Shown: positions 9,343 to 19,351, counted from the first letter of the stretch. The stretch: 64,000 nt of DNA from Candidatus Nomurabacteria bacterium RIFCSPLOWO2_01_FULL_42_17 (GCA_001785985.1 MFVE01000008.1:8751-72750), one strand, 5' to 3'. The notes: generated from the sequence alone by a model not told the origin. Made by a program: numbers and translations.

Positions 9343-10713
9343 ATGAAAAATGCGATCAACCCACTAGACGGAAGATATTTTGAAAAGACTCGCGCGCTGG
9401 CAGAGTATTTTTCTGAAGAAGCATTGATGAAATATCGAGTGATGATGGAATGTGAATATTTGATCAGTCTATCGGCTTTGAATAAAACAGCTTTAAGAAA
9501 ATTCACACCAGCTGAAATAAAAATCATTCGGAGTTTATACGAAAAATTTGACGACGCTTCTTATGAAGAAATAAAAAGGGGAGAAGCCATCACAAATCAT
9601 GACGTCAAAGCTGTGGAATATTTTTTGAAAGAAAAACTTGCAAAAACTTCTCTGAAAGACAGCATTGAATGGATTCATTTTGCGCTCACTTCCGAAGATA
9701 CAAATAATATAGCTTATGCACTCATTCTTTCTGATTCATTGGATCAGGTGATGAAGCCAGAAATTTCAAAAATAATCTCCGAGCTAGATAAACTTGCTAA
9801 AAAATATAAGAACTTGCCGATGCTCGCTCGCACTCATGGCCAATCCGCCAGCCCGACAACCTTCGGCAAAGAAATGAGGGTTTTTGTTGCTCGTTTAGAA
9901 AAGAGATTGGCAGGATTACAAAGTATAAAAATAGAAACAAAACTGAACGGAGCTACGGGAAATTACAATGCTCATATCACTGCTTACCCAGATGTAGATT
10001 GGCTAAAATTCACCAAAGATTTTATTCTTCAGCTTAATAAGTTACAAGCTACAAGTTACAAGCTACAAGCTAATTTAACAACTACCCAAATTGAGTGCCA
10101 TGATAGTTACGTAGCTGTTTTTGACACACTTAGGAGAATAAACACAATTCTTTTAGATTTTAATCAAGATATGTGGAGATATATTTCCGACGGCTGGGTG
10201 GGGCAGATACCGAAAGCAGGGGAGACGGGTTCGTCCACGATGCCACACAAAATAAATCCGATTGATTTTGAAAATAGCGAGGGAAATCTGGGCCTAGCAA
10301 ATGCCTTGTTTGAATTTTTTGCCCGCAAACTGCCGATCTCCCGACTGCAGCGCGATCTCTCAGATTCCACCGTCGAACGCGCTTTTGGCACTGCCTTTGG
10401 ACATTCATACTTAGCTTACGTCTCACTCTTGCAAGGCTTGAGTAAAATCAAAGTGAACGAAATAAAAATAAAAGAAGAATTAGTAGCGCATCCGGAAGTA
10501 GTAACCGAAGCCATTCAAACAATTTTGCGCCGTGAAGGAGAAAAAATGCCTTACGAACAGTTAAAAGAGCTGACTCGAGGCAAAGAGGTTACACTTTCTG
10601 ACATTCATGAATTCATCGATAACTTGAAAGTCAGCGAAAAAATAAAAAAAGAGTTGCTAAAAATCACGCCGGAAAATTACACCGGACTGGCTTCCAAACT
10701 GGCTTCAATGTAA
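9343..10713 (+). CDS. purB: Adenylosuccinate lyase
   Basis: PLDGRY, TNHDVKAVEY, GSSTMPHKINPIDFEN. Confidence 0.97.
   Translation: MKNAINPLDGRYFEKTRALAEYFSEEALMKYRVMMECEYLISLSALNKTALRKFTPAEIKIIRSLYEKFDDASYEEIKRGEAITNHDVKAVEYFLKEKLAKTSLKDSIEWIHFALTSEDTNNIAYALILSDSLDQVMKPEISKIISELDKLAKKYKNLPMLARTHGQSASPTTFGKEMRVFVARLEKRLAGLQSIKIETKLNGATGNYNAHITAYPDVDWLKFTKDFILQLNKLQATSYKLQANLTTTQIECHDSYVAVFDTLRRINTILLDFNQDMWRYISDGWVGQIPKAGETGSSTMPHKINPIDFENSEGNLGLANALFEFFARKLPISRLQRDLSDSTVERAFGTAFGHSYLAYVSLLQGLSKIKVNEIKIKEELVAHPEVVTEAIQTILRREGEKMPYEQLKELTRGKEVTLSDIHEFIDNLKVSEKIKKELLKITPENYTGLASKLASM
10039..10071 (+). repeat. AAG(C/T)TAC heptamer tandem repeat in purB
   Basis: aagttac aagctac aagttac aagctac aagct; encodes KLQATSYKLQA. 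Confidence 0.8.
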
Positions 10714-10722
10714 TATAAGAAG

Positions 10723-10998
10723 ATGTCATTTAGTTTTTTTGGAAGAATTTTAGCCGCTATCATACTTCTTCTTTCAGTGCTTTTCATGCCCTTTTGGGTG
10801 TCTGCCATTTTAGCTTTAGCGGGCATGATATATTTCCCATTTTTTCTCGAAGCCGTACTGGTATTCCTCCTATCAGATTTGCTTTACGGCACTCCTCTAT
10901 CAAAGCCTTTTAATATTGTTTTTGTCTCTTTTATTCTAACACTCGCTTGCTTTATAATTTTAGAGTTATTAAAAAAGAAATTAAGATTCAATAAATAA
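10723..10998 (+). CDS. Small integral membrane protein (MreD-like position upstream of pbp2)
   Basis: 91 aa, almost entirely hydrophobic. Confidence 0.65.
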   Translation: MSFSFFGRILAAIILLLSVLFMPFWVSAILALAGMIYFPFFLEAVLVFLLSDLLYGTPLSKPFNIVFVSFILTLACFIILELLKKKLRFNK

Positions 10999-11002
10999 AA
11001 AG

Positions 11003-11078
11003 ACCTGTCCCGTACTAAATTTTTGATTACATGGTATATTGATAAATATTAATAGATAAAATTTTAGTACTGGGATGG
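11003..11078 (+). mobile_element. 76-nt MITE-like element, copy 1
   Basis: ACCTGTCCCGTACTAAATTTTTGA ... AAAATTTTAGTACTGGGATGG; both ends match the reverse complement of 49065-49141; contains the pbp2 ATG. Confidence 0.8.
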
Positions 11079-12805
11079 TCTTCCGAAAATTTAGAAAAAC
11101 CCCCCGCCATGGCGGGGTAAACAAAAGTAAAAATACTTTCGTCGAAACGGACGAAATTTTTCTTGATTCAAAAAATCTGCAAAACTTTGACCGCCAACAA
11201 TTCGAAGGCCGGATAGAAAAACCGATTCCTAAAAAAACCATTAATTTCATCGGTATTTTTTTCCTTTTTATGACAATTATCTTTGCGAGTCGCCTGACAA
11301 ATCTGCAAATCCAAAATGGCGATGTGTATAAAAAGAGAAGTGAAAATAATATTTTAGAAAAAGTGAATATTTTTACGGAGAGAGGAATAATCTATGATCG
11401 AAATGGACTTGAACTAGCTTGGAATAAAAAGAGAGAAAATGAAGAAGGGGATCCGTCTCTCTTGTACACTCGCGCTTATATGTCGCCTGGGTTCTCACAC
11501 ATCTTGGGATATGTGAGCTATCCAGCCAAAGACAAAGACGGAAATTTTTGGCAAACTGAATTTATAGGTAAAGATGGCTTGGAAAAACAATACCAAAATA
11601 AAATAAAAGGCGAAAACGGATCAAAAATAATAGAGACAGACGCTCGGCGGGTCATCCATTCGGAAAATATTATCAACATTCCTGAAAAAGGAGACGATTT
11701 AAAGACAAGCATTGATCGGAGAATTCAGACGGCATTATTTTCTTTCATTAAAAATTTGGCGCAAAACAGCGGGTTTTCGGGCGGAGCTGGAATCATCATG
11801 GACATTCGAAATGGAGAAATCTTAACTGCTACCAGCTTTCCGGAATACAATTCTGAGATTCTTTCTTTGGGTAAGGATGCAAACAGCATTAAAAGCTATA
11901 TCACTGATAAAAGAAAATTCTTTTTAGATAGAAATGTTTCCGGACTTTATACTCCGGGTTCAATCGTCAAACCCTTTTTTGGCTTGGGCGCTCTAGTGGA
12001 AGGCGTGATCGATCCATACAAAAAAATCCTTTCGACCGGCTCTATTTCCATTCCAAATCCCTATTTCCCGGATCAAAAAACTGTTTTTAAAGACTGGCGA
12101 GTAAATGGCTGGACAAATATGGCCGAAGCCTTAGCAGTTTCTTCCGACGTTTATTTCTATGAGATCGGCGGAGGTTTTGAAAACCAGAAAGGGATAGGCA
12201 TCGCCAATATCGAAAAATACGCGAAGATGTTTGGTTTCGGAGAGAAAACCGGAGTTGACTTGCCGGATGAAACATCGGGCACAATTCCCAGTCCAGAGTG
12301 GAAAGCTGCAAATTTCAAAGGAGACATCTGGCGTATAGGAGACACCTACAACACGGCTATCGGGCAATATGGTTTTCAAGTCACTCCCATAGAAATGGTT
12401 CGAGCGATCTCCGCGATTGGAAACGGCGGCAAACTTTTAACACCGCATTTTATCTTGGGTGATAAGGAAAAAGAAAATTCAGTCAGGGCGGTAAATTTAC
12501 CCAAAGAGCACTTCGATGTGGTGCATGAGGGCATGCGCCAAGCGGTCACTTACGGCACCGCGTTAGCTTTAAATGTGCCTTATGTAGAAGTAGCAGCAAA
12601 GACTGGTACCGCTCAGCTGGGAGTAGCTAAAAATAAAGTGAACTCATGGGTTGTCGGTTTTTTCCCTTATAAAAATCCCAAATACGCTTTTGCAATAATG
12701 ATGGAAGCCGGCCCTGCCGCCAATTCGATCGGAGCTTCGTCTGTAATGCGGGAGCTTTTAGACTGGATGGCAATCAATACTCCAGAATATTTTGTTTTGC
12801 ATTAA
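11075..12805 (+). CDS. mrdA: Penicillin-binding protein 2 (class B transpeptidase)
   Basis: N-terminal TM, ERGIIYDRNG, PGSIVKP (SxxK), SSD, KTGTAQ. Confidence 0.9.
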   Translation: MVFRKFRKTPRHGGVNKSKNTFVETDEIFLDSKNLQNFDRQQFEGRIEKPIPKKTINFIGIFFLFMTIIFASRLTNLQIQNGDVYKKRSENNILEKVNIFTERGIIYDRNGLELAWNKKRENEEGDPSLLYTRAYMSPGFSHILGYVSYPAKDKDGNFWQTEFIGKDGLEKQYQNKIKGENGSKIIETDARRVIHSENIINIPEKGDDLKTSIDRRIQTALFSFIKNLAQNSGFSGGAGIIMDIRNGEILTATSFPEYNSEILSLGKDANSIKSYITDKRKFFLDRNVSGLYTPGSIVKPFFGLGALVEGVIDPYKKILSTGSISIPNPYFPDQKTVFKDWRVNGWTNMAEALAVSSDVYFYEIGGGFENQKGIGIANIEKYAKMFGFGEKTGVDLPDETSGTIPSPEWKAANFKGDIWRIGDTYNTAIGQYGFQVTPIEMVRAISAIGNGGKLLTPHFILGDKEKENSVRAVNLPKEHFDVVHEGMRQAVTYGTALALNVPYVEVAAKTGTAQLGVAKNKVNSWVVGFFPYKNPKYAFAIMMEAGPAANSIGASSVMRELLDWMAINTPEYFVLH

Positions 12806-12825
12806 TCCCGATATATTGATATAAT
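12797..12825 (+). promoter_or_regulatory. Sigma70 promoter, leaderless geometry
   Basis: TTGCAT-17-TATAAT with TG extension; ATG 7 nt downstream. Confidence 0.7.
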
Positions 12826-12832
12826 GTAATCC

Positions 12833-13060
12833 ATGCGTAGAGCATATAAACTTTTGATTTTGGGCATTTGGGTGGTGATATTACCATACCTCGGATTTCC
12901 AAGTTTCTGGAAAAATATTTTAGTAACCATCTCTGGGCTCGGACTCATTTTTTTTAGTTACGTGTTATATAAAGAATCCAAAATAAAAGAAGTAAAAAAA
13001 GAGAAAACTTTTGACAATTTTTCAGAAAATAATAATTTTGCTGAAGAAGAAAAAATCTAA
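12833..13060 (+). CDS. Small two-TM membrane protein
   Basis: 75 aa, two hydrophobic segments. Confidence 0.7.
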   Translation: MRRAYKLLILGIWVVILPYLGFPSFWKNILVTISGLGLIFFSYVLYKESKIKEVKKEKTFDNFSENNNFAEEEKI

Positions 13061-13067
13061 AAGCCTT

Positions 13068-14282
13068 ATGCAGAAATTTTTGAAAGAAAGATGGAGCGCG
13101 GTGATTATCTTGTCCGTTTTGGGCGCTTTTTTTTGGGGTGTTCATGTCGGGGCGAACAATGTACCCGCAATAGACAAAGTATCTTTAGTTAATAAAGAAA
13201 CTCAAGTTGAAACAGAGGCAGATTTTGCTCCTTTTTGGAAAGTTTGGAATATTATAAACGAAAAATATCCGAAGGCCGACAAAATTGACCAAGAAAAAAT
13301 CTACGGAGCTATTGCCGGCCTTGTAGACTCCTTGGACGACCCCTACAGCGTGTTTTTTACTCCGGATGAGGCAAAATTATTTGAAGAAGAAATAGCTGGC
13401 AATTTTACTGGTGTGGGCATGGAAGTCAGTATAAAGGACAAAATCTTGACAGTCATTGCTCCGCTCAAGGACACCCCCGCTTACAAAGCCGACATTCGTC
13501 CGGGCGATAAAATCCTAAAAATTGATAAGACGATCACTGCCGGCTTAAGCATTGAAAAAGCGATCAAATTAATCAGAGGAGAAAAAGGCACGACAGTAAC
13601 ATTGACGATCGCTCGAGAAGGAGAAAAAGAACCTCTAGAGATAAAAATAGTAAGGGATACCATAGACATACCGACCATAGACACGGAAAAGAGACCAGAT
13701 GGCATTTTTGTTATCAAACTTTATAGTTTTTCTGCCAACTCGGCCAGCCTTTTTCGCAATGCGATCAAAAGCTTCGTAGATTCTAGAAGCGATAAATTGC
13801 TCTTGGATTTGCGAGGAAATCCGGGCGGATATTTGAATGCAGCTGTTGATATGGCCAGTTGGTTCTTGCCAAAAGGTAAAATTGTTGTGACTGAAGACTA
13901 CGGCAACAATAGAGAACCGGAAGTATTCAGAAGCAAAGGTTATGCTATTTTCAATGATAAATTGAAGTTTCTTATTCTGATCGATGGCGGATCCGCTTCA
14001 GCATCGGAAATCCTAGCTGGCGCGATGCAGGACTACGGACGCGCAAAGCTTGTGGGCAGCCCAAGTTTCGGCAAGGGCTCTGTGCAAGAAGCGATCAAAG
14101 TTACCTCCGATACTCTTTTGAAAATCACCGTAGCTAAATGGCTCACCCCGAATGAAAATTCTATTTCAGAAAAAGGACTGACTCCAGACTATCCAGTGGA
14201 AGTTACAAAAAAAGATTTAGAAAATAAGAAGGATGCGCAATTAGAAAAGGCCGTAGAGTTGTTGCTTAGTGGAAAGTTATAA
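13068..14282 (+). CDS. ctpA: S41 carboxyl-terminal processing protease
   Basis: PDZ domain, LDLRGNPGG, SASASEI, FGKGSVQ; probable start MQKF at 13068. Confidence 0.92.
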   Translation: MQKFLKERWSAVIILSVLGAFFWGVHVGANNVPAIDKVSLVNKETQVETEADFAPFWKVWNIINEKYPKADKIDQEKIYGAIAGLVDSLDDPYSVFFTPDEAKLFEEEIAGNFTGVGMEVSIKDKILTVIAPLKDTPAYKADIRPGDKILKIDKTITAGLSIEKAIKLIRGEKGTTVTLTIAREGEKEPLEIKIVRDTIDIPTIDTEKRPDGIFVIKLYSFSANSASLFRNAIKSFVDSRSDKLLLDLRGNPGGYLNAAVDMASWFLPKGKIVVTEDYGNNREPEVFRSKGYAIFNDKLKFLILIDGGSASASEILAGAMQDYGRAKLVGSPSFGKGSVQEAIKVTSDTLLKITVAKWLTPNENSISEKGLTPDYPVEVTKKDLENKKDAQLEKAVELLLSGKL

Positions 14283-14306
14283 AGTTCTTAAAGTTATAAA
14301 GTAAAG
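14273..14306 (+). repeat. AAAGTTAT/AAAGTTCAT periodic repeat
   Basis: aaagttataaagttcttaaagttataaagtaaag directly before the rplI ATG. Confidence 0.65.
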
Positions 14307-14750
14307 ATGAAAGTAATATTCTTACAAGATGTGCAAAGAGTGGGTAGAAAACATGATGTAAAAGAAATAAATGACGGTTATGCGGTAAATTTTCTTTTAC
14401 CTAGAAAGTTGGCCGAGCTTGCAACTCCCAGGGCAATTTCTGAATTAGAAAAAAGAAAGAAAAATATAGAAATAGAGAGGGAAGTGCAAGAAAATTTACT
14501 CCTGAAAAACTTAGAAGAAATAAAAGGGAAAGTGATAACTATCAAAACAAAAGCTGATGAAAAAGGACATTTATTTTCTAAAATTCACAGCAAAGAAATC
14601 ATTGCAGAAATGAAAGCGCAAAATCATGCTCATATCGGTGAAGAATTTATTGTCTTAGAAAAACCAATCAAAGAAATAGGGGAGTTTGAAATTCCCATTT
14701 CTATCAAGGGAAAGAAATCTTCGTTTAAACTTGTAGTGGAAAAAATCTAA
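14307..14750 (+). CDS. rplI: 50S ribosomal protein L9
   Basis: MKVIFLQDV...GYAVNFLLP. Confidence 0.95.
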   Translation: MKVIFLQDVQRVGRKHDVKEINDGYAVNFLLPRKLAELATPRAISELEKRKKNIEIEREVQENLLLKNLEEIKGKVITIKTKADEKGHLFSKIHSKEIIAEMKAQNHAHIGEEFIVLEKPIKEIGEFEIPISIKGKKSSFKLVVEKI

Positions 14751-14767
14751 AACCAGAGCTATATTGT

Positions 14768-15040
14768 CTAAATAATATTGACTATTTTCTTTACAGCTGT
14801 CTTGCCGTTAAAAGAAGTCTTGCGTCTAGAGCCAAACTTTACAGTACCGTCCTTTAGAGCGAAAAGAGTGTCATCTTTGCCTATACCGACGTTGTTGCCA
14901 GCCATGACCGTAGTACCGCGCTGACGAACGATAATAGCCCCAGATTGGGCCTTTTCCCCATCATAAAGCTTAATACCGAGGTATTGTGGATTTGAATCTC
15001 TTAAATTTTTGGCGGTTCCGCCAGCTTTTCTATGTGCCAT
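14768..15040 (-). CDS. rpmA: 50S ribosomal protein L27
   Basis: [20 protein letters not shown]. Confidence 0.97.
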   Translation of the reverse strand: MAHRKAGGTAKNLRDSNPQYLGIKLYDGEKAQSGAIIVRQRGTTVMAGNNVGIGKDDTLFALKDGTVKFGSRRKTSFNGKTAVKKIVNII

Positions 15041-15085
15041 AAAATATTGTATAATCCAATAACAAAATCAAGTATAATTCATTAT

Positions 15086-15457
15086 ATGGAAAAAATCAAG
15101 CAATTCTTGAAAAGTGAGCAGGGAAAAGATGTTTTGATAGTTATTATCGTCATTTTAGTGGGCTTGGGTTCGTTTGAATTAGGCAGATTATCCAAGGAAA
15201 ACAGCTCTTCAGGCATAAAAATCGAGTATAAAGATCAAATAAAAAACATAAAAAACCAGGAAGCCAGCGCTATTTTATCTGTGCCTGCAATTTCAAATTC
15301 ATCTCAAAAATCTTTTTTTGCCTCGAATAGGGGAACAAAATATTATTCGATCGGATGTTCGGCTGGTAAAACTATTAAACAAGAAAACAGGGTCTATTTT
15401 ACCACCAAAGAAGAGGCCGAAACGGCGGGATATGAGCTTTCCAATTCGTGTAGATAA
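15086..15457 (+). CDS. Membrane-anchored protein with Ada metal-binding-like C-terminal domain
   Basis: TM segment then ASNRGTKYY..GC...EEAETAGY; start MEKI follows TATAAT. Confidence 0.75.
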   Translation: MEKIKQFLKSEQGKDVLIVIIVILVGLGSFELGRLSKENSSSGIKIEYKDQIKNIKNQEASAILSVPAISNSSQKSFFASNRGTKYYSIGCSAGKTIKQENRVYFTTKEEAETAGYELSNSCR

Positions 15458-15534
15458 AACACATGGTACACAACATATATTGTGCGACACGGTATTTCTT
15501 TCAACAAAGGGCTTTTAGACCACTTCCCTTTAAA

Positions 15535-15714
15535 TTACTTCACACTATTAAATAGATCTTTGAACCAATTTAGAATCCCAGCCCAAGTTAAATGAAAGTA
15601 ATCTAGAATACCTGATATGGTGATCCCGAAATAACGCATCAAAAGCAGAGCGATCACGATAATAATTATTAGTTGTAGAAATCCCCTGTTTTGATTTTTT
15701 AGATTATTTTTCAT
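15535..15714 (-). CDS. 59-aa membrane protein with prepilin-like RGF leader (not in ORF track)
   Basis: MKNNLKNQNRGFLQLIIIIVIALLLMRYFG...FNSVK*; TGATAAAAT 6 nt upstream. Confidence 0.7.
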   Translation of the reverse strand: MKNNLKNQNRGFLQLIIIIVIALLLMRYFGITISGILDYFHLTWAGILNWFKDLFNSVK

Positions 15715-15732
15715 CTTTATATTTTATCATAG

Positions 15733-16998
15733 TTATTTATACGGAGGCAAATAATTCATTGGGTCAAGATAAGCATTGGTGGCTGAAATTGGCTGGGTTA
15801 GAGTTTTACCTGGATAAGACTTACTATCAAATGAGTCTACTTTTACTCCACTTGATACATACAAGGACAAATGCAGATGAGGACCAGTAGAAGAGCCTGT
15901 ATTGCCACTGTATCCTATCACAGCGCCTCTTGCCACTTGTTGTCCCACTTTTACTTTACTTAGAGACAGATGCGCATAAGTACTAGAAAGCCCATTATTG
16001 TGTTCAATAAATATCCACTTACCAAAAGATGCTTTTGGACAACAAATGTCTGTATCACCGACTCCTTTGACGATACCATCTGCAACAGATTTTACTGGAG
16101 TGCCTACAGGTGCTCGAAAATCTGTTCCACGATGAAATCCTCCCCATCTGGGAGCATATGGAGAAGTTACAAATATGCTATCAAGGGGCCAACCTAAAAT
16201 TCTGCCAGAAGGTATCTTGGATGGATCTAGGATGAATTTCAATTGTGATTCATAACCTTCTAATTCCCTTTCAAAAGCCGCTTTCTTTGCTAGCTGATCT
16301 TTCAATAATTTTTGATAATTTGCTTCGCTATTTTTTGTCTGAATCAAAAGCTTATTCTTTTCATTTGTATTTTGAATTACTATCTTTTGCTGATCCGAAA
16401 GTTTGGATTTCAAGAGGACAAGTTCATTTTTGGCGCTAATAGTTTCCTCTCTAGTATCTTCCAACTCGCTTTTTATCTCTTTTAATTCCAATATTTTTTC
16501 TCTAATTTTTTCTCGAATAGCAACAATGTTATCTATATCATTCCAGACTGCCGTAAAATCATTTTTAGATAAGATGGTCTCCAATATATTATTTTCCTCC
16601 AATTCATAAGTATCTCGAATACCCAAGCTAATGGATTCCACATCATTTTCGATAGAATTTTGCTTCGCGCCAATATCAGAGCTCAAACTCTGTATTCGAA
16701 GATTTGTTTTATCGATTTTCGTTTGAGTGATATTTATATCAACTACTAATTTTTTCTTGGTCAGATCCAATTCTTTGATTGATTTGCTCAAAGAATTTTT
16801 CTGCTCGCCAATATTCCCCAGTTCAATTTGATATATTCTTATTTCTTCTTCCAGTTTGGCAATGTCGGCATCTTTTTGATTTATTTTATTTTGCAGTTCC
16901 TGTGCTGTCTGCGCGTTAGAAAAAGCTAGAGGAATTATCAAAAATACTCCAAAAAATATCAGACTAAATAGCTTTTTGTAATCTTGATAATGTTTCAT
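15733..16998 (-). CDS. M23 peptidase with coiled coil (EnvC/MepM-like)
   Basis: Signal peptide, long coiled coil, HRGTD, YAHL, GPHLH. Confidence 0.9.
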   Translation of the reverse strand: MKHYQDYKKLFSLIFFGVFLIIPLAFSNAQTAQELQNKINQKDADIAKLEEEIRIYQIELGNIGEQKNSLSKSIKELDLTKKKLVVDINITQTKIDKTNLRIQSLSSDIGAKQNSIENDVESISLGIRDTYELEENNILETILSKNDFTAVWNDIDNIVAIREKIREKILELKEIKSELEDTREETISAKNELVLLKSKLSDQQKIVIQNTNEKNKLLIQTKNSEANYQKLLKDQLAKKAAFERELEGYESQLKFILDPSKIPSGRILGWPLDSIFVTSPYAPRWGGFHRGTDFRAPVGTPVKSVADGIVKGVGDTDICCPKASFGKWIFIEHNNGLSSTYAHLSLSKVKVGQQVARGAVIGYSGNTGSSTGPHLHLSLYVSSGVKVDSFDSKSYPGKTLTQPISATNAYLDPMNYLPPYK

Positions 16999-18274
16999 TT
17001 TTTCCTATGATCGAAGCAATAATAAAAGGATCTGGAGATTTGTCCAAGCCTGATAGGGCATAGCGAACAGGGTGCAACAGCTCTCCCCTACTGCCTAGAT
17101 TATTAGCGATCAGTATCAAAGTATTTTTAATAATTTCTGTAGTGAAATTTTCTTCAGTTAGATCTTCTAGGGCTTTGATCGCCAATTTTAAATTGCTAAT
17201 AATTTTTTCTGGAGCTATATTTTTATATATAAGTTTTGCTTTGTCTATCGTGGGTGACTTGAAAAATAAATCGAGCTCTCCCCTTTCGATCATATCTTTC
17301 ACATCTCCCCATTTTGAAATTCGTTCAAGAACAAGCGGAACTAATTTGGGATTTTTCATTTCAGCTGGCAACCACTCTAAAATATTTTTCTCTATTTCGG
17401 CTGGTGGCAGCCTTTTCATGTGTTCCTTGTTTAGCCAGTCTAGTTTTTCAGAATTAAACACTCCCCCGCTTTTTTGGATCTTATGTAAATTAAATTTTTC
17501 TATAAGTTCTTCTAGAGTAAAGACTTCTTGTTCGCCGCCTGGATTCCACCCAATCAGCGCCATAAAATTTATAATCGCTTCTGGTAAATACCCCAGATCT
17601 CTATATTCCAAAGCAGGTATCACTTCCGGATCTCGCTTGGAAAGTTTGGATTTGTCTTTACCTAGAATAAGCGGCATGTGCGCGTAAAGCGGGCGGGGGG
17701 CGCCGATAGCTTCTTGGATCAGAATCTGACGTGGAGTATTAGCGATGTGTTCTTGGCCGCGGATGACATGAGTGACCGCCATTTCAAAATCGTCCACCAC
17801 GACTGTGAAATGATAGAGTGGCTCAGTAAGACTTCGGGCGATAATAAAATCTTTCAAATCTGTCGTGTCGAATTCTATATCGCCCAAAACAATATCGTTG
17901 AATACGATTTTTTTATTTGGATTCTTAAAACGAATTACTTCGCTTCTCTGCCCTGCTTCTTTTATCTCTTCTTTTGATACATAAGCAGATCCATCAGCGA
18001 TCATTTTCTCTAAATATTTTTTATATATTTCTGTCCGCTCTGATTGCCTGAAAAATTGGTCCGGTTTTAATCCCAACCATTCAAAAAGATCCAAAAATCC
18101 ATCTTCATATTCTTTTTTAGATCGCTCTTTGTCGGTATCTTCACTACGCAGAATATAAGTGCCCTTATTTTGCTTTGCAAAAAGGTAATTATATAAGGCC
18201 GAACGAACCCCACCCAGATGGAAATGACCCGTCGGCGATGGCGCAAATCTGGTTACAATCTTTTGGTCTGGCAT
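16964..18274 (-). CDS. gltX: Glutamate-tRNA ligase
   Basis: RFAPSPTG, HLGG, KLSKR; start MPDQ follows TGTTATTAT. Confidence 0.95.
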   Translation of the reverse strand: MPDQKIVTRFAPSPTGHFHLGGVRSALYNYLFAKQNKGTYILRSEDTDKERSKKEYEDGFLDLFEWLGLKPDQFFRQSERTEIYKKYLEKMIADGSAYVSKEEIKEAGQRSEVIRFKNPNKKIVFNDIVLGDIEFDTTDLKDFIIARSLTEPLYHFTVVVDDFEMAVTHVIRGQEHIANTPRQILIQEAIGAPRPLYAHMPLILGKDKSKLSKRDPEVIPALEYRDLGYLPEAIINFMALIGWNPGGEQEVFTLEELIEKFNLHKIQKSGGVFNSEKLDWLNKEHMKRLPPAEIEKNILEWLPAEMKNPKLVPLVLERISKWGDVKDMIERGELDLFFKSPTIDKAKLIYKNIAPEKIISNLKLAIKALEDLTEENFTTEIIKNTLILIANNLGSRGELLHPVRYALSGLDKSPDPFIIASIIGKNETLSRLQKAI

Positions 18275-18300
18275 ACCTATATAATAACACAAAAATACAA

Positions 18301-18334
18301 CCCCTCCCTAGCCCTCCCCTTATCAAGGGAGGGG
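18301..18334. repeat. REP-like hairpin with duplicated arm
   Basis: CCCCTCCCT-AG-CCCTCCCCT-TATCA-AGGGAGGGG. Confidence 0.6.
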
Positions 18335-18356
18335 AAAATACAAATACAAAACGAAC

Positions 18357-19343
18357 CTATTTTTCTAATAAATGTTTAGTTTTAACAAGATACTCTTGAA
18401 CATTTTTTATCTGTTCAAAATTTTTCACTTTATGACCGTACGGGAATTTCATATAAGCGTTCAATAAAATTGAAGCTTGCAGAGCTCTTTTATTATAAGG
18501 TTTTTCTTTAAAATACCCTTTAATCAGTTGCTCGCCAGCCCGAGATAGTCCGCCATCATTGGCTATGGTTCTCATTATGCTCCGCCCTAGATCAATATAT
18601 CCATCATTAAAGCCTGGACTCGGATCAAAAATCGTCAACGGATTTGTAGCAAAGGTGTTGGAAGTTCCAAAGTCATTATGGCAATAACTGCTTTTTTTAT
18701 TATCATTTATATGAGTAATAAGTATCTCAAATGCTAAAGACAAAGATCCATGCTCTTCCCCAAGAAGATTATTTTCTCTTGCGTATTCAATTCTCTTTTG
18801 CATTTCAGGACTATCAAGCCAATCTTTAAATTGATGAAACTCAGCTTTGATATTTTTGTTGTCTAGACTGCGGCCATATCCTTTTGCTTCAGGCTCATGC
18901 ATCACGCGAAGAATTTTTCCCAACTCAACATAAATTTCTCTATTGATTGTTTCTCCTTTATGATAAGTTTCCGTTAGTGTTTTTGCATCTATAAATTCCA
19001 TCAAAATGTACTGATGACCATTCAATATTCCATCTTCAAATACATGTGGAACTCTAACCCCCGCCTGTTCCCAGACTTTCAAAAATTGAGCATCCCCGAG
19101 GGTGTGCGTGAGACTTAAAGGAATTCTAAGAACCAACTTTTCGTCAGATGTTTCTATGATACTTATGAGTGATGAAACACCCTTGTCGGCAAATGTAACA
19201 CTGACATCTTTATCTTTAAATCTTTCATGATTGGAAATAAAATCTTTAACATGCGGAACAAGAGTCATTCGTCTTTCGTTGAATTTTTGATCTACTTCGT
19301 GTTCAGATAATTTTGGCTCGTTATAAAAAGTAATTTCTGACAT
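18357..19343 (-). CDS. Aminoglycoside phosphotransferase/kinase-like protein
   Basis: VRVPHV, ILMEFI, CHNDFGTSN (HxDxxxxN), IFDP. Confidence 0.7.
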   Translation of the reverse strand: MSEITFYNEPKLSEHEVDQKFNERRMTLVPHVKDFISNHERFKDKDVSVTFADKGVSSLISIIETSDEKLVLRIPLSLTHTLGDAQFLKVWEQAGVRVPHVFEDGILNGHQYILMEFIDAKTLTETYHKGETINREIYVELGKILRVMHEPEAKGYGRSLDNKNIKAEFHQFKDWLDSPEMQKRIEYARENNLLGEEHGSLSLAFEILITHINDNKKSSYCHNDFGTSNTFATNPLTIFDPSPGFNDGYIDLGRSIMRTIANDGGLSRAGEQLIKGYFKEKPYNKRALQASILLNAYMKFPYGHKVKNFEQIKNVQEYLVKTKHLLEK

Positions 19344-19351
19344 TTTTCTTA

